Shown: one piece after another, positions 52,616 through 62,278 of the stretch
Layout: every line of letters starts with the position of its first letter
Numbering within the stretch: the first letter of the stretch is position 1
Assembly (NCBI GenBank): GCA_032718475.1
Contig: JAUCBJ010002729.1
Location: forward strand, 1 to 62,278
Reading direction: 5' to 3'
Source: Nemertoderma westbladi
Lineage: Eukaryota; Animalia; Xenacoelomorpha
Length of the DNA: 62,278 nucleotides
The notes under the pieces: model-generated
What the model was told of the DNA's origin: nothing
The model's database searches: none
Seen by the model: the letters and a program-made list of their open reading frames with translations, nothing else
Translations under genes and position numbers: made by a program

Positions 52616-54406
52616 GCGGTTCAAGGAATGTTGGACTTCGACTACGTTTGTTCCCGTAAGTCGGCGAGCGTTGCAGGAATGATCTACCCATTTACCGGCG
52701 ACCACAAACAGAAGTTCTACTGGGGCCATAAGGAGATTCTCATACCTGTCTACAAGGAGATGGCCGCCGCGATGTCCCAACACCCGTTGGTAGACACGAT
52801 CGTGAGTTTCGCTTCGTTACGGAGCGCGTACGAGTCGACCGTGGAAGCGATGTCCTACCCCCAGATACAGAGCATCGCAATAATAGCGGAGGGAATCCCG
52901 GAGAACCTCACGAGGAGGTTGATAAAACTCGCCAACTCTAAGGGAGTCAGTCTCATAGGCCCCGCTACAGTCGGCGGGATAAAACCCGGATGTTTCAAGA
53001 TCGGGAACACCGGCGGCATGTTGGATAACATCCTCGCGTCCAAGTTGTACCGGCCCGGGTCCGTAGCCTACGTGTCGCGATCGGGGGGGATGAGCAACGA
53101 GTTGAATAATATAATAGCGCGGACGACCAACGGGGTTTACGAGGGAGTAGCGATCGGAGGCGACCGATACCCGGGGTCCACCTTCCTCGATCACATACTG
53201 CGGTACGAGGCGGACCCCGCGGTTAAACTCATCGTGTTCCTGGGGGAGGTTGGCGGCGTCGAGGAGTACTCGATAGTGGAGGCGGTCCGAACCGGACGGG
53301 TCGGTAAACCGGTGGTCGGCTGGTGCATCGGGACCTGCGCGACCATGTTCGGCTCGGACGTCCAGTTCGGGCACGCGGGCGCCTCGGTAGGGGGCGCTGC
53401 TGAGACCGCGACCGCCAAGAACGAGGCGTTGCGCTCCGTCGGGGTTATCGTTCCGAGTAGTTTCGACGCGTTGGGCGAGGCCGTTCAGTCGGTGTACAAC
53501 GGTCTGGTCGCTAGAGGCGTGGTGGTGCCCCAGGAGGAGGCGCCCCCGCCCACGGTGCCCATGGACTACTCGTGGGCGCGGGAGTTGGGCATCATCCGGA
53601 AACCCGCCTCGTTTATGACGACCATCTGCGACGAGCGCGGCGAGGAGTTGGTCTACGCCGGGATGCCGATAACCCAGGTGATCAAGGAGGACCTCGGCAT
53701 CGGCGGGGTCCTCAGTCTGCTCTGGTTCCAACGGCGTCTCCCCGGGTACGCCTGTAAGTTCATGGAGATTTGTTTGATGGTGACCGCGGACCACGGGCCG
53801 GCTGTATCCGGGGCGCACAACACCATCGTCTGCGCGCGCGCCGCCAAGGATTTGGTGTCTTCCTTGACTTCCGGGTTGTTGACCATCGGGGAGCGATTCG
53901 GAGGCGCGTTGGACGCCGCCGCTAAGCAGTTCTCGCAGGCCTACGACGCCGGTACCAGTCCCAACGAGTTCGTTAACCAAATGCGGAAGGATCGCAAACT
54001 CATTATGGGCATCGGACATCGGGTTAAGTCGCTCAACAACCCGGATAAACGTACCGAAATACTTAAAGAGTTCGCTAAATCCCAGTTCCCGTCCACGCCG
54101 CTCATCGATTACGCATTGGAAGTCGAGAAAATAACGACGAGTAAAAAGTCGAACCTAATCCTCAACGTGGACGGCCTTATCGGGGTCGCGTTCGTGGATC
54201 TCCTGCGGACCTCGGGGTGTTTCACCGCCGAGGAATCCAACGAATACATCAACATCGGCGCTCTCAACGGGATATTCGTTCTGGGTCGCAGTCTGGGCTT
54301 TATCGGACATTATCTCGACCAGAAGAGATTAAAGCAAGGATTGTACCGGCACCCCTGGGACGATATCAGTTACGTACTGCCGGAAAACATCAACGAGACT
54401 GAGTGA
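52616..54406 (+). CDS. ACLY: ATP-citrate lyase, coding exon 2 (CoA-binding, phosphohistidine and citrate-synthase-homology domains)
   Basis: Acceptor ggtttcag|GCG, phase 0, gives WGMQPK|[10 protein letters not shown]. Contains catalytic [28 protein letters not shown] and LYRHPWDDI; TGA at 54404-54406. Spliced protein is ~1080 aa. Confidence 0.96.
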   Translation, partial: AVQGMLDFDYVCSRKSASVAGMIYPFTGDHKQKFYWGHKEILIPVYKEMAAAMSQHPLVDTIVSFASLRSAYESTVEAMSYPQIQSIAIIAEGIPENLTRRLIKLANSKGVSLIGPATVGGIKPGCFKIGNTGGMLDNILASKLYRPGSVAYVSRSGGMSNELNNIIARTTNGVYEGVAIGGDRYPGSTFLDHILRYEADPAVKLIVFLGEVGGVEEYSIVEAVRTGRVGKPVVGWCIGTCATMFGSDVQFGHAGASVGGAAETATAKNEALRSVGVIVPSSFDALGEAVQSVYNGLVARGVVVPQEEAPPPTVPMDYSWARELGIIRKPASFMTTICDERGEELVYAGMPITQVIKEDLGIGGVLSLLWFQRRLPGYACKFMEICLMVTADHGPAVSGAHNTIVCARAAKDLVSSLTSGLLTIGERFGGALDAAAKQFSQAYDAGTSPNEFVNQMRKDRKLIMGIGHRVKSLNNPDKRTEILKEFAKSQFPSTPLIDYALEVEKITTSKKSNLILNVDGLIGVAFVDLLRTSGCFTAEESNEYINIGALNGIFVLGRSLGFIGHYLDQKRLKQGLYRHPWDDISYVLPENINETE

Positions 54407-54437
54407 GAGACCAACGAGACTGAGTGAGAGACCAACG
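54391..54437 (+). repeat. 21-bp tandem duplication spanning the ACLY stop codon
   Basis: caacgagactgagtgagagac x2 plus caacg. Confidence 0.9.
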
Positions 54438-54771
54438 TACGCGTCGCGCCAAACATTCAATAACATCCTTTATGTTTCTCACCAAAATTGGCCAAAACGG
54501 GTGTAAATTTTTCCAAAAAAATTGTTCTCCAGAATATAGTAAACCCATATATTTTCTGAAAGCTCTTGATGTCAGGAATTTCATTTATTATAGGAAGGGA
54601 TCTAGGGGTCTTAACCTCGAATGATAAGTTTATTTTACCGAAAATAACTTATCTTTTATTGACGCAATTGTAGGACTAATCCCATCACATGCGTACTTTT
54701 TTAACCGGGTAGTGTACAAATTTAGGAATCGCGTAATTTTTTCTTGAAATTAATATCTCATATCTCTCCAA

Positions 54772-54814
54772 ACCACGTACGCGTTTCGACCTTACTGGGT
54801 CTCATCAGCGTGGT
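54772..54814 (-). ncRNA. Minimal type I hammerhead ribozyme (inverted copy)
   Basis: Exact reverse complement of 55032-55074. Its tRNA-like head keeps the B box (54818-54828) but is truncated before the A box. Confidence 0.85.
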
Positions 54815-54973
54815 GTCGGATTCGAACCTGGGACCTCGAGGTGGAAGCCGAGACTACAACCTTGCCAGATCTTCAAGACTTGCCAACACATTGTTACTAT
54901 CAATAATCAAAAAAATCAGGGGCTAATAAAATGGCAGCTGGCTTTGAAATTAATACTCCATATCTCAAGAACC

Positions 54974-55035
54974 TGTGGCCTAGTGGTTGTAGTCTCGGCT
55001 TCTACCTCGAGGTCCCAGGTTCGAATCCGACACCA
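54974..55035 (+). promoter_or_regulatory. tRNA-derived internal Pol III promoter (A and B boxes)
   Basis: A box TGGCCTAGTGG at 54976-54986; B box GGTTCGAATCC at 55018-55028; anticodon-arm-like CTCGG-CTTCTAC-CTCGAG between them. No intact acceptor stem, so not a tRNA gene. Confidence 0.8.
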
Positions 55036-55074
55036 CGCTGATGAGACCCAGTAAGGTCGAAACGCGTACGTGGT
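55032..55074 (+). ncRNA. Minimal type I hammerhead ribozyme
   Basis: Stem I ACCACG/CGTGGT; core CTGATGA (55038-44); stem II GACC-cagtaa-GGTC; GAAA (55059-62); palindromic stem III ACGCGT; predicted cleavage after GUA at 55068. Confidence 0.87.
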
Positions 55075-57176
55075 TTGGAGAGATATGAGATATTAATTTC
55101 AAGAAAAAATTGCGGCGCGATTCCTAAATTTGTACACTACCCGGTTAAAAAGTACGCATGTGATGGGATTAGTCCTACAATTGCGCCAATAAAAGATAAG
55201 TTATTTTCGGTAAAATAAACTTATCATTCGAGGTTAAGAGTTAAGACCCCTAGATCCCTTCCTATAATAAATGTATAATAACAAACACCTCGATAAATAC
55301 AGCTTGCCAACACATTGTTACTATCAATAATAAAAAATCAGGAATTTCATGGGCACCATAGTCAAACACTTTTGCGCCGTTGAAAAAATTTATTTGGCAT
55401 TTAAAACGAGTCCGCCCAGTAATGATTTATCCGCCCTGTAATGATTTATCCGGCCTGTAATGCGTAACATTTCTTGGAAAATATATAATAATCCACGCCT
55501 ATAATTATATTTTGAATAGTGAAAGATATACTTTATTATATTAAACATATATATTACATAGTGAACGTGATCCCAGAGCCTCCCAGAGCCATACATTACC
55601 AGGGGCGGACACCATTACAGGGCCGGACACAGTGATTGATTATTGTTTATAAATAATTTGCAGTGTGGCTAACCTACATATTTCATACACCCCCTGAAAG
55701 CGCTGAGAAATACGAATCTGGCAGTATTTTTACTAACTCTTATCAGTAATTCTATCACTTTTAAATAGGCAATATCTCACCATTACAGGGGCCGGACAAA
55801 GTGATTGTCACATATACCTTGGTCTACTTAGAAGACGACTACTTGTACGGAAATTAATCAAATGCGATGAAATTTTAACGTGGTCATCCTGAGAAAATTT
55901 GCTTTCAAATTACATTTACTTTTAGGATTGCTCTTAAAAAGTTAAGATGAAATGAGCACCATTACAGGGTCGGACATAAAAATTAGAAAAGTGTCGGACA
56001 CGATGTTAAATGCAGCTGTACGACACCAACTACATTGTACGTATACAAATACTGCTGAAAACGAATCTCTATTTATCCAGCTTTCTAACGATATGTTGGT
56101 TTACTGGATATGACCTTGGGGTTGGAATTTTCTAACAGTTTGTTCTACTAGTACTTTGGAACTGGGACATGTGAAAATGTCATTTTGACCATATTTTTGG
56201 CCATATTATGTTCTGCTACGGTAAGACATGATGTATGTTAGAGCTGAAATTAACTGTTAACATTAACTTTGAAGCCATCAACCACTTTCTAGAACCGCCA
56301 TAAACATAAGTTATGGCTTCAGGACACCCGTTTGGCCAATTTTGGTGAGAATGACCCTATGGTTTAATTTCGCTATTATTGTAATTCGATTCCCCAATTT
56401 TAAACTAATTATTTTTCGATTTATAATTATCGAGGGTTTCATTCTCAATTCGATATTTAACTTTGTAACCTTTCGAGTTTTAGGGCTTCGTTTGTAGTCG
56501 AATAGGGATTGATGTGGGATTTATCATTGATATTAGATTTGTTCTTTATTTATTGTTGGTTTTGCTTTCAGTGCAGATATCGATGAATTTGTGTACTCAG
56601 GGCATCATATCATGTTTGCGGTTTATCGGTATTGAGTTGAGAGCGATTAATATCAGCAGTTGAATCGGGATTACATTATCATCCCGAGTAGCAACCCGAG
56701 TATCGATATCAGCAATAATCTCTAATCAGCTGCAGTAAGAGGAGTTGTTTCGCATTTCCGCGTCGTAGAATATTATATTTCTGTTATCGGGTATAACTAA
56801 TGCTTTTATGTAAGTTGTATTGGTAATAAATTAATTGTTAATTACTATTTATATAATAGGCCATGTTATAATATCGTCCATTCTAATATTATTGTTCATA
56901 TTTTATTAGAATTAGTTGGGTTAACTTAGTAATGAACTATTAATAGTTTTATTCCTACAAATGTTTCCTAAATAAATATGACGATTTGTCACGAATATCT
57001 CGATTGCCGTTTATTTTGATTTGTTTGAGACTCCCTTCCCTCTTCAACGGTAAATTTTTGTTAGAAATATTTTAATATTTTCGACCGAATTTTTGGAATC
57101 GAATGTTATGAATAATTGATAGAGCATCCAATTATAAAATTTTCGGAAGTCATCTTAAAAATTGATCAACAATCAT

Positions 57177-60100
57177 CCCCACAGTCTCGTAGCCTACACC
57201 TACATACAGTGACTGGTCCCCCCCCCCCACAGTCTCGTAGCCTACACCTACATACAGTGACTGGTTCCCCCTCACAGTCTCGTAGCCTACACCTACATAC
57301 AGTGACTGGTTCCCCCCCCCCACAGTCTCGTAGCCTACACCTACATACAGTGACTGGTTCCCCTTCACAGTCTCGTAGCCTACACCTACATACAGTGACT
57401 GGTTCCCCCCCACAGTCTCGTAGCCTACACCTACATACAGTGACTGGTTCCCCCTCACAGTCTCGTAGCCTACACCTACATACAGTGACTGGTTCCCCTT
57501 CACAGTCTCGTAGCCTACACCTACATACAGTGACTGGTTCCCCCCCCCCCCACAGTCTCGTAGCCTACACCTACATACAGTGACTGGTTCCCCTTCACAG
57601 TCTCGTAGCCTACACCTACATACAGTGACTGGTTCCCCCCCCCCACAGTCTCGTAGCCTACACCTACATACAGTGACTGGTTCCCCTTCACAGTCTCGTA
57701 GCCTACACCTACATACAGTGACTGGTTCCCCCCCCCCCCACAGTCTCGTAGCCTACACCTACATACAGTGACTGGTTCCCCCTCACAGTCTCGTAGCCTA
57801 CACCTACATACAGTGACTGGTTCCCCTTCACAGTCTCGTAGCCTACACCTACATACAGTGACTGGTTCCCCCTCACAGTCTCGTAGCCTACACCTACATA
57901 CAGTGACTGGTTCCCCCTCACAGTCTCGTAGCCTACACCTACATACAGTGACTGGTTCCCCTTCACAGTCTCGTAGCCTACACCTACATACAGTGACTGG
58001 TTCCCCCTCCACAGTCTCGTAGCCTACACCTACATACAGTGACTGGTTCCCCTTCACAGTCTCGTAGCCTACACCTACATACAGTGACTGGTTCCCCCTC
58101 ACAGTCTCGTAGCCTACACCTACATACAGTGACTGGTTCCCCTTCACAGTCTCGTAGCCTACACCTACATACAGTGACTGGTTCCCCCTCACAGTCTCGT
58201 AGCCTACACCTACATACAGTGACTGGTTCCCCTTCACAGTCTCGTAGCCTACACCTACATACAGTGACTGGTTCCCCTTCACAGTCTCGTAGCCTACACC
58301 TACATACAGTGACTGGTTCCCCCTCACAGTCTCGTAGCCTACACCTACATACAGTGACTGGTTCCCCCTCACAGTCTCGTAGCCTACACCTACATACAGT
58401 GACTGGTTCCCCCTCACAGTCTCGTAGCCTACACCTACATACAGTGACTGGTTCCCCTTCACAGTCTCGTAGCCTACACCTACATACAGTGACTGGTTCC
58501 CCCTCACAGTCTCGTAGCCTACACCTACATACAGTGACTGGTTCCCCCTCACAGTCTCGTAGCCTACACCTACATACAGTGACTGGTTCCCCCTCACAGT
58601 CTCGTAGCCTACACCTACATACAGTGACTGGTTCCCCTTCACAGTCTCGTAGCCTACACCTACATACAGTGACTGGTTCCCCTTCACAGTCTCGTAGCCT
58701 ACACCTACATACAGTGACTGGTTCCCCTTCACAGTCTCGTAGCCTACACCTACATACAGTGACTGGTTCCCCTTCACAGTCTCGTAGCCTACACCTACAT
58801 ACAGTGACTGGTTCCCCCTCACAGTCTCGTAGCCTACACCTACATACAGTGACTGGTTCCCCCTCACAGTCTCGTAGCCTACACCTACATACAGTGACTG
58901 GTTCCCCTTCACAGTCTCGTAGCCTACACCTACATACAGTGACTGGTTCCCCCTCACAGTCTCGTAGCCTACACCTACATACAGTGACTGGTTCCCCCTC
59001 ACAGTCTCGTAGCCTACACCTACATACAGTGACTGGTTCCCCTTCACAGTCTCGTAGCCTACACCTACATACAGTGACTGGTTCCCCTTCACAGTCTCGT
59101 AGCCTACACCTACATACAGTGACTGGTTCCCCCTCACAGTCTCGTAGCCTACACCTACATACAGTGACTGGTTCCCCTTCACAGTCTCGTAGCCTACACC
59201 TACATACAGTGACTGGTTCCCCCTCACAGTCTCGTAGCCTACACCTACATACAGTGACTGGTTCCCCCTCACAGTCTCGTAGCCTACACCTACATACAGT
59301 GACTGGTTCCCCCTCACAGTCTCGTAGCCTACACCTACATACAGTGACTGGTTCCCCCTCACAGTCTCGTAGCCTACACCTACATACAGTGACTGGTTCC
59401 CCTTCACAGTCTCGTAGCCTACACCTACATACAGTGACTGGTTCCCCTTCACAGTCTCGTAGCCTACACCTACATACAGTGACTGGTTCCCCTTCACAGT
59501 CTCGTAGCCTACACCTACATACAGTGACTGGTTCCCCCTCACAGTCTCGTAGCCTACACCTACATACAGTGACTGGTTCCCCTTCACAGTCTCGTAGCCT
59601 ACACCTACATACAGTGACTGGTTCCCCTTCACAGTCTCGTAGCCTACACCTACATACAGTGACTGGTTCCCCCTCACAGTCTCGTATCCTACACCTACAT
59701 ACAGTGACTGGTTCCCCCTCACAGTCTCGTAGCCTACACCTACATACAGTGACTGGTTCCCCCTCACAGTCTCGTAGCCTACACCTACATACAGTGACTG
59801 GTTCCCCTTCACAGTCTCGTAGCCTACACCTACATACAGTGACTGGTTCCCCCTCACAGTCTCGTAGCCTACACCTACATACAGTGACTGGTTCCCCCCC
59901 ACAGTCTCGTAGCCTACACCTACATACAGTGACTGGTTCCCCCTCACAGTCTCGTAGCCTACACCTACATACAGTGACTGGTTCCCCTTCACAGTCTCGT
60001 AGCCTACACCTACATACAGTGACTGGTTCCCCCTCACAGTCTCGTAGCCTACACCTACATACAGTGACTGGTTCCCCTTCACAGTCTCGTAGCCTACACC

Positions 60101-62278
60101 TACATACAGTGACTGGTTCCCCTTCACAGTCTCGTAGCCTACACCTACATACAGTGACTGGTTCCCCCTCACAGTCTCGTAGCCTACACCTACATACAGT
60201 GACTGGTTCCCCCTCACAGTCTCGTAGCCTACACCTACATACAGTGACTGGTTCCCCCTCACAGTCTCGTAGCCTACACCTACATACAGTGACTGGTTCC
60301 CCCTCACAGTCTCGTAGCCTACACCTACATACAGTGACTGGTTCCCCCCCCCCTCACAGTCTCGTAGCCTACACCTACATACAGTGACTGGTTCCCCCTC
60401 ACAGTCTCGTATCCTACACCTACATACAGTGACTGGTTCCCCTTCACAGTCTCGTAGCCTACACCTACATACAGTGACTGGTTCCCCCTCACAGTCTCGT
60501 AGCCTACACCTACATACAGTGACTGGTTCCCCCCCACAGTCTCGTAGCCTACACCTACATACAGTGACTGGTTCCCCCTCACAGTCTCGTAGCCTACACC
60601 TACATACAGTGACTGGTTCCCCCTCACAGTCTCGTAGCCTACACCTACATACAGTGACTGGTTCCCCCTCACAGTCTCGTATCCTACACCTACATACAGT
60701 GACTGGTTCCCCTTCACAGTCTCGTAGCCTACACCTACATACAGTGACTGGTTCCCCCTCACAGTCTCGTAGCCTACACCTACATACAGTGACTGGTTCC
60801 CCCTCACAGTCTCGTAGCCTACACCTACATACAGTGACTGGTTCCCCCTCACAGTCTCGTAGCCTACACCTACATACAGTGACTGGTTCCCCCCCACAGT
60901 CTCGTAGCCTACACCTACATACAGTGACTGGTTCCCCCTCACAGTCTCGTAGCCTACACCTACATACAGTGACTGGTTCCCCCTCACAGTCTCGTAGCCT
61001 ACACCTACATACAGTGACTGGTTCCCCCTCACAGTCTCGTAGCCTACACCTACATACAGTGACTGGTTCCCCCTCACAGTCTCGTAGCCTACACCTACAT
61101 ACAGTGACTGGTTCCCCCTCACAGTCTCGTAGCCTACACCTACATACAGTGACTGGTTCCCCCTCACAGTCTCGTAGCCTACACCTACATACAGTGACTG
61201 GTTCCCCCTCACAGTCTCGTAGCCTACACCTACATACAGTGACTGGTTCCCCCTCACAGTCTCGTAGCCTACACCTACATACAGTGACTGGTTCCCCCCT
61301 CACAGTCTCGTAGCCTACACCTACATACAGTGACTGGTTCCCCCTCACAGTCTCGTAGCCTACACCTACATACAGTGACTGGTTCCCCCTCCACAGTCTC
61401 GTATCCTACACCTACATACAGTGACTGGTTCCCCCTCACAGTCTCGTATCCTACACCTACATACAGTGACTGGTTCCCCCTCACAGTCTCGTAGCCTACA
61501 CCTACATACAGTGACTGGTTCCCCCCCACAGTCTCGTAGCCTACACCTACATACAGTGACTGGTTCCCCCTCACAGTCTCGTAGCCTACACCTACATACA
61601 GTGACTGGTTCCCCCTCACAGTCTCGTAGCCTACACCTACATACAGTGACTGGTTCCCCCTCACAGTCTCGTAGCCTACACCTACATACAGTGACTGGTT
61701 CCCCCTCACAGTCTCGTAGCCTACACCTACATACAGTGACTGGTTCCCCCTCACAGTCTCGTAGCCTACACCTACATACAGTGACTGGTTCCCCCTCACA
61801 GTCTCGTAGCCTACACCTACATACAGTGACTGGTTCCCCCTCACAGTCTCGTAGCCTACACCTACATACAGTGACTGGTTCCCCCTCACAGTCTCGTATC
61901 CTACACCTACATACAGTGACTGGTTCCCCCTCACAGTCTCGTAGCCTACACCTACATACAGTGACTGGTTCCCCCTCACAGTCTCGTAGCCTACACCTAC
62001 ATACAGTGACTGGTTCCCCCTCACAGTCTCGTAGCCTACACCTACATACAGTGACTGGTTCCCCCCCACAGTCTCGTAGCCTACACCTACATACAGTGAC
62101 TGGTTCCCCCTCACAGTCTCGTAGCCTACACCTACATACAGTGACTGGTTCCCCCCCACAGTCTCGTATCCTACACCTACATACAGTGACTGGTTCCCCC
62201 TCACAGTCTCGTAGCCTACACCTACATACAGTGACTGGTTCCCCTTCACAGTCTCGTAGCCTACACCTACATACAGTG
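57177..62278. repeat. 45-bp minisatellite array, >=113 copies, running off the window end
   Basis: Unit cacagtctcgtagcctacacctacatacagtgactggttcccc(c/t)t with a variable C tract. Confidence 0.97.

Larger units (their letters stand above)
54585..55337. mobile_element. Non-coding retroelement (retrozyme/SINE-like): inverted partial copy plus terminally redundant ~424-bp unit with tRNA-like head and hammerhead ribozyme
   Basis: Inverted arms 54582-54861 and 54985-55273; direct repeat cttgccaacacattgttactatcaataat at 54879 and 55303; 13-bp TSD tcaggaatttcat at 54572-54584 and 55338-55350. Confidence 0.88.

Noticed and set aside
52817-54019. 400-aa antisense ORF and other ORFs overlapping ACLY
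   Set aside because: Shadow ORFs expected from GC-rich codon usage; no recognisable motifs.
54974-55035. Functional tRNA-Arg(TCT) gene
   Set aside because: The acceptor stem is not formed, the anticodon arm is bulged, the inverted copy reads TCC, and it is embedded in a TSD-flanked element.
57116-62249. Long ORFs (1275 aa, 782 aa) in the 45-bp array
   Set aside because: The unit length is a multiple of three, and C-tract indels switch frames freely; no unique coding sequence.

Overview
This is repeat-rich animal (invertebrate-type) nuclear DNA containing two divergently transcribed protein genes. On the minus strand are three coding exons of a TRPA1-like ankyrin-repeat channel (29604-28498, 15399-15012, 686-484); the gene continues beyond the window start. 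On the plus strand is a complete two-exon ATP-citrate lyase gene (49025-50476, 52616-54406). About 40% of the window is minisatellite arrays (units of 56, 76, 21, 49, 40, 46, 27 and 45 bp), interspersed with nested and decayed LINEs (RTE-like and CR1-like), a tRNA-derived SINE and several TIR or foldback elements. Two observations stand out. (1) Just downstream of ACLY is a small non-coding retroelement in which a tRNA-like Pol III head is fused directly to a minimal type I hammerhead ribozyme. It has a ~424-bp terminally redundant unit, an inverted partial copy and a 13-bp TSD, and a second fragment of the same family lies upstream of ACLY. (2) In both genes an intron begins with about 60 tandem copies of the exon 3' end plus its own 5' splice site, and only the first donor can yield an intact protein. 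The long ORFs in the arrays are judged to be artefacts of stop-free repeat units. All calls are by-eye readings; no searches or folding were run.
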